A stretch of DNA of 61,488 nucleotides, counting the filler, from Globobulimina sp. (Eukaryota): the NCBI GenBank assembly GCA_003354225.1. It is 17 parts of 17 records of this genome, joined end to end, with 100 filler letters (N's around TTAATTAATTAA, not from the genome) between each part and the next. Parts side by side here need not be neighbours in the genome. Positions count along the whole stretch, not along the records: positions 43,489 to 47,009 come from PIVH01002589.1; positions 47,110 to 50,630 come from PIVH01002590.1; positions 50,731 to 54,250 come from PIVH01002591.1; positions 54,351 to 57,869 come from PIVH01002592.1; 13 more parts are not named here. The stretch is one strand, 5' to 3'. The translations under genes were made by a program, and so were the position numbers. Under the pieces are notes generated by a model that saw only the letters and a list, made by a program, of their open reading frames with translations, was not told the origin of the DNA and ran no database searches. Shown here one piece after another: positions 46,305-57,969 of this stretch. Position 1 is the stretch's first letter, and each line of letters begins with the position of its first letter.

Positions 46305-47109
46305 TCACATTGCGTTGAGAAAGGGTATCAGAGCGACCTGAGATTGATATTTGATGGATTCGTCCATGAATTTCATATTGCTGGATTTTGACTTTTGATA
46401 TCTGTTTTGTGTTCTTTAATGCCATTTGTTTGACCTTCCAAACGTTCAGCTATTATCGCAGGAAATTCCATGACATAGATGCGTTTGAATTTTGTACATA
46501 AATCCAAAATGCCATCGCAAATGCCATCGTGATGTGTGTTTTTAAAAAAAAGAATTGTTTTTACTTACTAACTTTCAAATATGCAACTCGCATTTGACAT
46601 TAACATTGACGCATGCAAACTTGAAATTGCTAAATTGGCAATGCAGAAACAAAAAGAAGATTATGCCAAGCTACAAAGAGAATTACAGGTTTTCTAATAG
46701 TATGTTTTATATGCATTATGAATGAGAAACATATAAACACAGACAAGGCGTTAATAGCTGCTTGAAATCCATTAAATGACTGCTGAAAAATATTAATATT
46801 ATTTGGGCGTTGTTTCACTTGTTTGGTATTATGATTATTATTGGTTTGTGTCAATATATTCGTATTATTAACATGCGATAATGCCATTGGATTGGATGGA
46901 TATCAATTATTTAAAGTCAGTGCCATCACTGCCATGAATATCCATTTTATTATCACTATTTTCAACCGGTTCAATAATTGCTGCTGGTGACAATAACTGT
47001 AATTGTGGTNNNNNNNNNNNNNNNNNNNNNNNNNNNNNNNNNNNNNNNNNNNNTTAATTAATTAANNNNNNNNNNNNNNNNNNNNNNNNNNNNNNNNNNN
47101 NNNNNNNNN

Positions 47110-48404
47110 CCAATTCCGCACCGGATCCCATAATTACAAAACCACGAATTACTAAAATGTCTCAGTTATCATCTCATTGGATTGGACAAATTGCATCATA
47201 TTTACCTGTAAGAGATTATGTAAATTTTTCAATGACAGATAGAATGAATTACGTGGCATGTTACTCACCATCAACATTACAAAAAATGACATATCCGACA
47301 ACAGCCAATACCCGTTGCAATTTATCAGTGTTATTTGCATCATTGAAATGCATTGATTTTATTCAACCGATAATCCAAAATCATCCCTATCCCATAAAGT
47401 TTAGGGCTTTAAATGAATTACAATTATCACTATGGATGAATACAGAACAAGCTGAACTATTTCTGAATAATCCATGTTTTAATTTTTCAAATATTCAAAA
47501 ATTAAAAGTATGGAGTTCAAAATTAGATTTATTATTAAAATTATTGCAAAAATGTCCTAATGTCCGACATTTATGTATAAAGTATATAGATCCAAGAGGC
47601 GCAAGCGTTGAAATCAAGGAGTCTGAGATTGCAAAATTAGTCCCAAAATTAAAATGTATTGATGCCGCGCATGCAGATGATGATAATGTAATGGATATTA
47701 TTAATAAATTTGTTAAAACACACAATATTGAATCATTAGCTGTGGCTCTTTGTGATGATATAATTCCATTAAGTTTACCCGCAATGCATTTGAATCATTT
47801 AAAAGAAATAATGTTTTTTGACCCAACCATAAAGCAATTAAAGCATGTTATCTGTGCTGCAAATGGTTTACAAAGAATATCATTTTATTTTGAGGCAAAA
47901 GAGAGGTTTAAAGATCCTGATTTGCAGAATATTTTTGTATCATTAATAAGCGGGAAATGTAAAGAGTTGGAGTTTATTCATTTCAATGCAGAAACAGCAG
48001 AGCATCTCGCTACAATATCACAATACATTGAAATTGGCGCATTAAAAGCACAGCAAATGAGAGTGAAACGTAAAAAGTTTGTAATTGAAGTTGATGCCGA
48101 GAATATTCCTGTGCTGAAAGTTGATTTATATATATGGAGAATTGTTCGTTGTTTGGAATCATTGGCTATCGATAATTTTATGTTAAAATATTATTTCTAT
48201 TATGATGATGAGGACAAAGTTGATATTGAAGCAGCTCATAAATTGGTTGAAACATTTTCAAGTAATTATTCAACATTTGTGGGTAAGGTGTTTGCTGAAA
48301 ATGATGAGTCTCATTCAGTTATGATAATATCAAATAAAAATTGTACAATTAATGGATTCAAAGAAAACTGGATTAACAAAAGCTATCAGTGGGGAGATTG
48401 GTAA
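47110..48404 (+). CDS. F-box-like / LRR-like protein, 5'-truncated
   Basis: LSSHWIGQIASYL..DYVNFS..R (F-box-like), followed by LxxLxL repeats (IQKLKV, CPNVRHL, PKLKCI, LQRISF). Confidence 0.6.
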
Positions 48405-48473
48405 AAAAACTGAAATATATTTTATTACATTGTACTGTTGCATTTAAGTTAAAAAAAAACTAAAAAACTTTTA

Positions 48474-49712
48474 ATGATCCAGACTACAATTTCTTTAGCT
48501 AAATTACGTGTATGTGATTCAGACAACATGCGTGAAACGGAGAAATTCATAAAACAAATGACAACACATGGATGGTGTCGTATCAACGAATTAACGGGCA
48601 CAATAAAACCAACTGAATCTAAAATTAGAGCATTTTTTAATGAATCTTTTAGCAAAAAAACAACTTATTCAAACCCAGAAGGTAATATTGGTTATATTTG
48701 GTGTTCAACAAATGAGCGCGTTCGTGCATTAACTGGTAAAATCTATGAACGAATTACAACTCCACAACATTCTAAATTAGCATCAGATATAATTGATAAT
48801 ACATTATGTAATAATATGGATACAACGGCGCTGCAAATCTTTAAAATGATTTGTAAACATATTATCAAGCAAGATTGGATTAAAATATCATCACAAAATG
48901 AAATATGTTTAACAAGAAATTATTTTTATCGCTATCAATTATCAGCATTCATTGCTTCAAATTGGTCAAACCATAAATTTATTTGCAATGATATAATATT
49001 ATTAATATCGAGATATTATGCTGCAGCAAATAGAGAAACGTTTAATTATAATTACGGTATGTTTGAAGCAATAAAATATAATCAACCAATTCAAAAGGGC
49101 TCATGTTGTGTGAATGAACACTTTGATGTTGGATTCTGTGTATTGGGCATTGGTGAAACATGCCAAGGATTACAGTTATTTGATAGAGTGAAAAATGAAT
49201 ATATTAATGCTGATTTTAGTAATAATTGCATTTATATTTGGTTGGGAGCAAATGTTTATGAGTTGTGTAATGGTGCTGTCCCGGTTGGTTTGCATCGCGT
49301 AAAATGGTATAACAAAAGTAGGATATCCTATTTATATGAGATATGTGTTGGTCAACAAATACAATCACTGTCATTTTTGAACAATGAAAATATGAAGAAA
49401 CCGTATAAATGTTTGAAGAAACTTATTTCGCCAATTGCTCAACAACAGGATTTATTGCAAAATGTTATTGTTAAAAAAGCTTCAATGTTGATAAAGGTTA
49501 AGTCTTTAACTGGTTGCATTACCGCAATAAGCGTAGGTTTTGATGGCACAGTAAAGGATATTAAGAGAGGGATACAAGAACAGGACGGTATCCCTTGTGA
49601 GAGAATGAGGTTAATTTTCAAAGGAAAATTACTGCATGATACGGATGTGTTAAGAGATAAAGGAATTGGACCAGGAATGACATTGCATTCTGCAATAATG
49701 CTTAGAGGTTGA
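48474..49712 (+). CDS. 2OG-Fe(II) dioxygenase (IPNS-like) fused to a C-terminal ubiquitin/NEDD8-like domain
   Basis: HFD..GLQL..IWLG..GLHRV..RIS facial triad and RxS motif; 49485-49712 encodes MLIKVKSLTG..TVKDIK..GIP..RLIFKGKLL.D..L..LH..LRG-stop. Confidence 0.82.
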   Translation: MIQTTISLAKLRVCDSDNMRETEKFIKQMTTHGWCRINELTGTIKPTESKIRAFFNESFSKKTTYSNPEGNIGYIWCSTNERVRALTGKIYERITTPQHSKLASDIIDNTLCNNMDTTALQIFKMICKHIIKQDWIKISSQNEICLTRNYFYRYQLSAFIASNWSNHKFICNDIILLISRYYAAANRETFNYNYGMFEAIKYNQPIQKGSCCVNEHFDVGFCVLGIGETCQGLQLFDRVKNEYINADFSNNCIYIWLGANVYELCNGAVPVGLHRVKWYNKSRISYLYEICVGQQIQSLSFLNNENMKKPYKCLKKLISPIAQQQDLLQNVIVKKASMLIKVKSLTGCITAISVGFDGTVKDIKRGIQEQDGIPCERMRLIFKGKLLHDTDVLRDKGIGPGMTLHSAIMLRG

Positions 49713-49853
49713 TATTTAGCAATTATTCAGTTGTTCTTTGTTCAACTAATTCTGTTGCAACTTGCATGGAGCACAAAAACGATATCGGATCATAGCTAGG
49801 CCATTTTAACAAGCCCTCGTTGTATGGAATTGTATATTAAATAAAAATTCAAG

Positions 49854-50507
49854 TTACTCACAGTCATTTTGTTTGAAAAATGTTTTTTTTTTATCCTCAA
49901 TTTGTGCGATTAATTCATTTTTTTTGTATTTTGCAATCGCAATTTTTTGATCCATTATTTCAATCTCATTCATAAATATTTCATTTATTTTAATTAGCTC
50001 TTGATTGCGAACCGTTTTTGTTGGATTTTCATATTTTATCAATTCCTCTTCCTCCTCCTCCTCATCATTATTGTCATTATTCTTTTTATACATAGTGAAC
50101 ATAAGTTTATTTTGTAAGAATGCTAAATGTTTATAAGCATTAATTTTCTCAAATTCAGCTAAATAATGTGTTTTAATTTTTTGATTCAATTCATTCAATA
50201 AAATCGGATAAAAATGTAATATTTTATTTTGATTATTTTGCATTGAATTTTCAAAATGTCCTAACCACGAAGAAGAGGGATGTTCTATCCATTTAATCAT
50301 TGATTTATCCAACACATTGCTCAATGTATCTGTTAACGCTTTGGCATATTCTCCATTATATAATGGTGTTTCATCCATTTTATTTTGTTGTTCCAATGGA
50401 TTTTGTAATATATCGGAATTGTTTTGTAGATCTAATGACATGTCTTCTATTGCAATATCGTTATTATTATCGTTGACGTCCATGAATTGCGACCCTAAAT
50501 TTGACAT
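49854..50507 (-). CDS. Hypothetical coiled-coil protein
   Basis: About 217-codon ORF, N/E/K-rich, with a predicted-looking C-terminal coiled coil. Confidence 0.55.
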   Translation of the reverse strand: MSNLGSQFMDVNDNNNDIAIEDMSLDLQNNSDILQNPLEQQNKMDETPLYNGEYAKALTDTLSNVLDKSMIKWIEHPSSSWLGHFENSMQNNQNKILHFYPILLNELNQKIKTHYLAEFEKINAYKHLAFLQNKLMFTMYKKNNDNNDEEEEEEELIKYENPTKTVRNQELIKINEIFMNEIEIMDQKIAIAKYKKNELIAQIEDKKKTFFKQNDCE

Positions 50508-50730
50508 CTTTTGCAATTATGGGATACCGGAATTTTTTGCGTAGATTAAGAGGGTCTGATGTTTATAAATAGCCGAGCGAAAACCGTAAATTATTCATCA
50601 AAAAACTTAATTTGTGTGATAGAGAGAGAGNNNNNNNNNNNNNNNNNNNNNNNNNNNNNNNNNNNNNNNNNNNNTTAATTAATTAANNNNNNNNNNNNNN
50701 NNNNNNNNNNNNNNNNNNNNNNNNNNNNNN

Positions 50731-52375
50731 TTCATTTTTATTTTCTGTTTCTGTTTCTGTTTCGGTTTCGGTTTCATTTTTACTTTCATTGTCATTTTTA
50801 TTTGTATTTATATTATCATTTTGTTGATCTTGTTGATGATCAATTATTGATTGCTTTATTTGCAATATATTATCATTGGATTGATTTCCCTCCATTCCTA
50901 TTCCTATTCTATCTGTGACATCCTCACTATTTTCCTCATCATCAATATTTGTCGCAATATTTGTCTCAATATTTTCCTCAATATTGTTCTCAATATTTGC
51001 CTTAATATTTGCCTCAGTATTTGCAGCAGTATTTGATGGTTTGTCTGTGTCAAGTTTTTTCCTTTGTGGTTTATTTGGTCTTCGAGTGGGTCTTTTACCT
51101 CTTCCTCTTACTCTTCCTCTCCCTCGTACCCTCTTCGTCAAACGCTGCTTTGTTACTAATATATCACTATTCAATTGATTCTCATCCATTTTATCATCTG
51201 CATCTATTCCTATTCCATCATCCTCAATATTTGCCTCAATATTTGCCTCAATATTTGCCTCAATTTTTGTGTCAATATTTGCCTCGATATTTGTCTCAAT
51301 ATTTGTCTCAACATTAACTGGTTTGTCTTTGTCAATTTTTTTCCTTTGTGGTTTATTTGCATTTGGTCTCCCCTTTGGTCTTTTACCTCTTCCTCTTCCC
51401 CGACCCCGTCCTCTCTTCGTCAAACGCTGCTTTCTTACTAATACATCACTATTCAATTGATTTTCATCTATTCCATCATCCTCAATATTTGTCTCAATAT
51501 TTGCCTTAATTTTTGTCTCAGTATTTGCAATTTTTGCCTCAGTGTTTGTCTCAGTATTTCTCTCATTTGTGTCAATATTTCTCTCAGCTTCGATATTTGT
51601 CTCAATATTAACTGGTTTGGCTGTGTCAATTTTTTTCCTTTGCGGTTTATTTGGTCTTCCCGTTGGTCTTTTGCCCCTTCCTCGACCCCTTTCCCTTCCT
51701 CGCTGCTTTGTTATATCATTTTCTTCCTCTTTCTTATTATTAAATGGTTTGAATGTCCCTCTGCTTCTTCTCCCTTTCCCTCTCCCTCTCATTCTGCCTC
51801 TCCCTCTTTTGTTTGGCGAATACTTTCTTGGTAATATATTATTAGACATACTCGAATATGATACACCATTCTCATTCTCTTGTTTTGTTGCTATTTCTGT
51901 TTCTGTTTTCTTCATTTGGTTCTCTCTCCGTATACGAATGGGCATAATATCATCGTCATCATCATCATCATTTATAGTATCAACTTTATCATCTTCTTCT
52001 TCTACATTTGTTTTACGATCATTTGGTTCCTTTAATTAACATATAATACAATATATTTTTAAAGAGCTAGGCATAAATAAACATAACATCATTTAAATCA
52101 ATATCTTTGAATGTTTCATCCTCTTTACTTTCTTCTATGTTATCTATTTCATTGATATTACCATCATTATCTATTTCATTTGGAATTGATGGTGATGTGT
52201 TATTTTGGTGGGTGGTATGATTGTTATCATTATTGTGTGCATCGTTTAAATCAACAGATGTTAAACTAGTCATGTTGACATCTTCCAATGTATCATGGTT
52301 TGACTGATCACTGTCATCAGAGGCGAGAAACTCGTCATTATTTGCACTCGCAAAGCTCGCAAAGAGATCTGCCAT
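50731..52375 (-). CDS. Low-complexity protein with three RG/AT-hook-like plus NIE[AT] repeat modules, 3'-truncated
   Basis: Intron 52030-52087 joins 52375-52088 to the long ORF; three copies of KQR..RGRGRG.KRP.GRPN.KPQRKK.D..KP.N.ETNIEA. Confidence 0.72.
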
Positions 52376-52598
52376 TATTAAAAACTAAAGTCATGTTTAT
52401 GTTAATCTGAAAAAATAATCATAAAGTCAGCAAATCATTATGTTTATAATTATTGATACAAATATTATTATTTATCTTTTGGAATACTAGTATATCGTTG
52501 AACTTATACGTCAAACTCGTCAAAGAAATATTTCCCTATCACTTTTCCAAGAGTTTTTGTGAAAACAGAAAATAAGTCTCTAGCTGGTTCTAAGTCTA

Positions 52599-54250
52599 AT
52601 GGCATCTCGACAATTATATTGTATCACATTTGCATTTATATTATCCATCAATGTGTGTTCGGGATGGAATCTTTACAAATCAAACCATCCCACACGTAAA
52701 ACCACCGAATTATTTGAAAGATTATCTCATCACCAAATTGTATCATTAACACACAATCAATTCCATAAAATCGATGGTGAGGCTGAACCATTATATCCAA
52801 TGAATGGTAGATTACAATTTGATGCCTTTGGTCATCGTTATTCATTATTAATTCGTAAAAATGTCGAACTATTTTCAGATTCCTTCAAAACAGAATTACA
52901 TCGATTTAATGAATCTACTCAAACTATGGACAAACACATTATATCCACAGAAATACCTCAATGTTACTATACGGCCGAGTTACATTATAATATATAAATA
53001 TATACTTTCTTGACAGTCTGTCGCGCAAAATCGCAACATCTACATATCACACATATATTTATATATATATACAACCCACAGAGTGGAGTCAGATGCTACA
53101 TCCACAAAAGGAGGCGTATTCTCAGCCTGTAAAGGTCAAGGCGTTAGAGGTTGGATAACTGCATTTGGTGAAACCATAGTAATTCGACCCAAAAGACTCT
53201 TAACCGATGTTACCTTCAAAGGAAAACATAAAATATCTGATCAGCATATCGTATACAAATACCACCATCTAAACCGTTCTGATTATCCCCATCACCATGG
53301 GCCTACCTGCGGCCATAACCATCCTGACACCCCGTCCTATTTACAAAAAGAACTTGAAAAATATCAAGACACTGATCCTACCAAAATTGAATGGATCATA
53401 CAGCAAGAAAATGCCATAGCGTTTCAGCAACAAAATGGCGACCGTACATCAGTACCAATAGCTAGCAGACGTAGATTAGCAGCAGATACAACCCGTTATG
53501 TCGAGTTAGCCGTGGTCAATGATCCCGGCATGATGGCTGAATACGGCAACGACCACATACGCTTGCAAGAGAAGACCATATCCACCGTAGCAACGTTACA
53601 GAATTATTATTTAAACGCCAACTGGGGCTCGGTTGTTGGCACCATTCAAATTGTCCTATCTGCCATCATTTATAAACAGGATTTTGGTGATTTAGTCAGT
53701 CCGGCCCTCTCCTGTCCAAATGGAGGCAGCGCGGCTAGTTTATATACAAACAACCCTCCAAACTCTGGCTATTGCGAGGTGGAATACGCGAATTACTTAA
53801 GTAATTTCCAGAGTTATCGAGCCACTTCGTCAGAGTTACGCGAGTACGACAATGGTTACTTATTCAGCTTTTATGATTTCGCGTCCTCTGTCATTGGCTA
53901 TGCCTCCGTGCCCGGTATGTGCATACAGGCCTCCTCAGGAGGCATTGCTCAATGTACCTACGATGATGAGTATAATGGCAATATCGTAGCACATGAGATG
54001 GGACACAACTTCTACCAGCAACATGATGGTAGCGGCAATCACTGCGACGCCGAGTCTTTTATCATGGCTTCTGTCGGTTCGCCGTATGGAGCCAGACCGG
54101 ATTCTTTTAGCTCGTGCAGTGTAGAGTATACGCGGACCTTTTTCGAAAGTCAGTCGTACAGCAATACACTCAAATGTCTGGATAATAAACCCATCGATGA
54201 CAGCCGGCATGCCGCCCGTGCGAACCAGAATCGACCGGCTGCTCGAACTG
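52599..54250 (+). CDS. Reprolysin/ADAM-like (M12B) zinc metalloprotease, 3'-truncated
   Basis: Signal peptide, prodomain (AFGHRYSL, CY, PTCG cysteine switch), RRRL site, RYVELAVVND, HEMGHNFYQQHD, Met-turn IMA, FSSCS; intron 52979-53081. Confidence 0.9.
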
Positions 54251-54489
54251 NNNNNNNNNNNNNNNNNNNNNNNNNNNNNNNNNNNNNNNNNNNNTTAATT
54301 AATTAANNNNNNNNNNNNNNNNNNNNNNNNNNNNNNNNNNNNNNNNNNNNATGAAATAGAAAGTTTTCCAATCAGTCCAATCAGCAGAAATTGTGCACGG
54401 TAAGTAGTTGGGTAGGTGGGTAGCTGGGTCGGTTTCATGTTCCATGATAGCATGAGAGCCATTGCGCTTCCATCGTGAAACTGGAACTA

Positions 54490-54825
54490 GTGCTGTTTCG
54501 GTTGCAAAGCTTCTATTGCAAGGCAAACTCGCTTGGTTACATTAGTTACCAATCTTCTTGGCTGGCCGAACATGCCTTTAAGGGTTAGGTTATGGCCTAA
54601 ACAAGAAATAACAGAATCGCATCCTTGGACGTGTTCTATCAGTTGCTCATCACTCATATCTAACACACTGGCCATGGTGATCGTCACCAGTTCATGATCC
54701 TTAAAGTGTGTGGGTAATTGGTCCGAGTTTCTGACAATTAGCCTCGCTTTCTCGCCTCGCTGTAACAACTGCTCAACGACCAATCGACCTGTTGCTCCTG
54801 TAGCCCCTAACACCAGCGTTGTCAT
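54490..54825 (-). CDS. Bacterial NAD(P)H-binding (atypical SDR) protein, N-terminal fragment
   Basis: MTTLVLGATGATGRLVVEQLL..VR..GCDSVISCLG; Shine-Dalgarno AAGGA 6 nt before the ATG; breaks off near 54490. Confidence 0.85.
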
Positions 54826-54920
54826 AACGTGTCCTTGTAAGTATTGAAATTGTCACTACTATACCTATACGCCTTTGGTGTTTATATTGGTGATAATTGC
54901 ATGGAGCTATACGTATTTGT

Positions 54921-55082
54921 ATGAATTGGTCGTCCGTTTGTTTTGATTGGAATCGCACCCGAGCCTTTTTAGTAACCGCTGAAGAGGGCAGTTTATCATC
55001 GGCGGCTAAAGCGCTGGGTATGACTCAGCCAACGTTAAGTCGTCAGGTCGCCGCCTTAGAAAATGAAATCGGTGTCTCCTTG
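54921..55082 (+). CDS. Bacterial LysR-family regulator HTH fragment, divergent from the SDR gene
   Basis: MNWSSVCFDWNRTRAFLVTAEEGSLSSAAKALGMTQPTLSRQVAALENEIGVSL. Confidence 0.9.
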
Positions 55083-57519
55083 GCTTTCCTGTCGTTTTTC
55101 CAGATCTTTGCCAGGTCCTTTGACGTGTTGACGGACCCCATGATGGCGCATATCAGCGACAATCTGACCCGCACCAAATGGGGCCGTCGCATTCCATGGA
55201 TGTGCATCGGAGCGCCCTTCTACGCCATAGCCTTTTTCATATTGATGTCGCCGCCGGTGTACACCACAGATAACAACGGCTATAACATGCCGGCAACATA
55301 TTGGTTCGGCGCCTCTTACATTTTATTTTATTTATGCGACACCGTGGCGAATATCCCCTTATTAGCGCTCGGACCGGAACTCTCGGACGACAGCGACCAT
55401 CGTACTTCGCTGTTTATGTGGGTCAAACTGTTCGAAGGCATCGGCACCATCGTCGGTGGCGGCGCGCCCGTCATTTTTATCTCTGGCTTCGGCATGGATA
55501 AGAAAGCGAGCTTCCAAGTGTTGGCGGCGATTTTTGGCGGTTGGTATGTGGTGTCCATGTTTCTGCTGATTCGCACGGTGAAGGAGAGGGAGCAAAGTGT
55601 GGCGCAGCAAGCTACGCCGTTCGTGGCCAGCATCTCGCGCAGTTTCCGCAACATTGCGTTCAGGCCGCTGGCCATTGCCTGGGTTTTGGACTTCTGCGCC
55701 TTGGCCATGTTGGTGGCGGTGTTGCCGTTTTTTATCCGCTATTATGTGCGGAGCGACGACCCAGACACGATATTGTCGGTGGCCATTGTCGGGCTGTTTT
55801 TGTCTGGTTTTAGCAGCATACCGCTATGGAAGGTCGTGTCCGGTCGAGGCGACAAATGGTATAAATTAGGTACGTTTGTGATATATAATTTGTTGTTTTG
55901 TCAGCTCTCATGGTATAAATTGTGCTGTATTCCACAGGCAAACGCAATGCGTGGTTGTTTTACAATTTGTTAATGTGTTTAACCAACTTTCTATTCATTC
56001 TAATCGGAGAGAAGCAAGATCTTATTCTCATTTTGTTCATGTGTTTGAATGGTATCCCCATCGGTGGCCAATTTCTGATAATGAGCATTGTGTCGGACGT
56101 GATCGATTACGACGAATTTCTAAACTTCACTCGCAACGAAGGCGCGTTCACCGTGTTCAGTCAGTTTGTGCCGAAATTAGTGGCCATCCCGGCACAGTCC
56201 ATCCCATTGGTCGTGTTGTTTATGTTGGGATTCCAGAATCCGATCATTTCCGTGGACCCCGAAACCGGCGAAGATGTGACGCATTTCCCTGAACAGAACG
56301 CGTCTGTCCGTGCTTTCCTGCGCGTGATGTTCGCCATTATGCCGACTGTCATCTCTTGCCTTAGTTTCATAATCAAACAGCAATACTTTCCCATTAAGAA
56401 CCATTCCGTGGTGGTGGAGATCAGCGAGGGAATCACCAAACATATGGCGGGTTTGCCGGCCGTTGACCCCATCACAAAGCAACAGGTTGTCATTGAAGAG
56501 TACACGTCCGATGAACAAGAACTGGTTGACCTGTTCGACCACTTCACATACTCCCAAATCATCTGGTTATTGGAGCCCAACACGATATTAAAGAAACATA
56601 ATCAGAATCAGAGCAAAGGCAAACTTCGCAGAATGTCCTTCCAAGCGGTGAGCAATCTGGACTTTGATGTAAAGCATTTTTTGAGCAAATTGCAGGCTGG
56701 AAAGGATAGCAAAAATGTCCGCGGCGGCATACAAATGAAAGACAATGCCATCGCATCAAAGCAGTTTGGCAGAGCCGCACAGGGCGCACATTCAGGTATA
56801 TATTGTCTGCATTGCATGCAATTTAACAGCTAATATATAAAGAGATAACATCGAGCTCTGTCAGGGTTATATCCGACCCCTCGCAGAATGTGGTGGAGAC
56901 CTCGTATTTCAAATCGATGGGCAAACTGAAAGGGATTAAGAAAATCCAACGGCAGCAGATCTTTTGGGTCTGCGTAGGCATTTTGTGGTTAGTTTGTAGC
57001 GCTGTTGGCGTGGGCTCGACGGTGCAGTTTTTGCATGACGTGGATTATGCATTCGTGCCGGCCTTATTTTGCCTGTGTATTGGGACCAGCACCGTGTTCA
57101 TAGGATTTAATTTGTTAAAGTATCGCGCTGCAAAGGTCTTGCAACATTTCATCTTTCTGTATGCGGAGCAGAAGAGTGACAATGTAGATTTGGACGATTT
57201 GTTGAAACGAGTGTTATATCCAAAGATTAAAGGACAGAGAGGGGGTGGTTTTGTGTGGAGCGATGTGGAGAGGACGCAAATCGATGTTTTAGCGGGCGAT
57301 TTGAAACCGGACCGCTCGAAAATTAAAGTGAAAAAATTGAAAAAGTTCCACAAATTGTTTCATTTGCGACAGAGGAAAAATAAAAACAAAAATAATCAAA
57401 ATAATTTTAATAAAAATGTTGAGCACGAGAATGAAAAAAAGAACGATGATATTGTGGAAGAGGTGGAGTTGGTGGAAAAGGAGGAGATTATTGTACAAAA
57501 TGCTGAGTATGCGGATTGA
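55071..57519 (+). CDS. Eukaryotic GPH/MFS (MelB/MFSD2-like) transporter whose 5' end is replaced by the LysR fragment
   Basis: RSFDVLTDPMMAHISD..RTKWGRRIPW, ALGPELSDD..RT, GKRNAW, SDVIDYDE..RNEG; introns 55870-55937 and 56796-56842. Confidence 0.85.
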
Positions 57520-57781
57520 TTTTCTATTATTTTCTGTTTGGTTCTATAATAAATATTGCTGGTCTTTCTCCCTTTTATTTGCTGTTTTTTATATTCTGTC
57601 TTTTTGGTTCAATTTGTTGGAAAACGAAATATTAATCAAATATATGTACAGTGTGAAAAGCGTTTTTATTTATCCTATGAAAATATGTATGATCCTTGCA
57701 CTGAGCTAGAGAAGAGCTGGCCCGCCCATGCCATCGACGCATACGCACAAGCTCCTACCTGCTTCCTCCTATTATTGCAGT

Positions 57782-57869
57782 ATGTCTCCTTTAGGTAACA
57801 GGATCACCTTCGTTGTAGCGCTGATTGCGCTATTACTTCATACGCATGTGCATGTGTCGGCATTTGCCC
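57782..57869 (+). CDS. N-terminal fragment with signal peptide and SAFA motif (diatom-like plastid presequence)
   Basis: MSPLGNRITFVVALIALLLHTHVHVSAFA, next codon begins with C; lies in a more GC-rich tail starting near 57700. Confidence 0.4.
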
Positions 57870-57969
57870 NNNNNNNNNNNNNNNNNNNNNNNNNNNNNNN
57901 NNNNNNNNNNNNNTTAATTAATTAANNNNNNNNNNNNNNNNNNNNNNNNNNNNNNNNNNNNNNNNNNNN

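Noticed and set aside
50851..52039. Plus-strand ORFs with ICLN / YLPQ / SIFA repeats
   Set aside because: Antisense shadows of the 12-bp NIE[AT] repeats in the minus-strand gene
54897..55973. 358-aa ORF taken at face value as a natural LysR-MFS one-component sensor
   Set aside because: It joins a truncated bacterial HTH to a eukaryotic spliced gene at a microhomology; treated as a probable chimera until reads say otherwise
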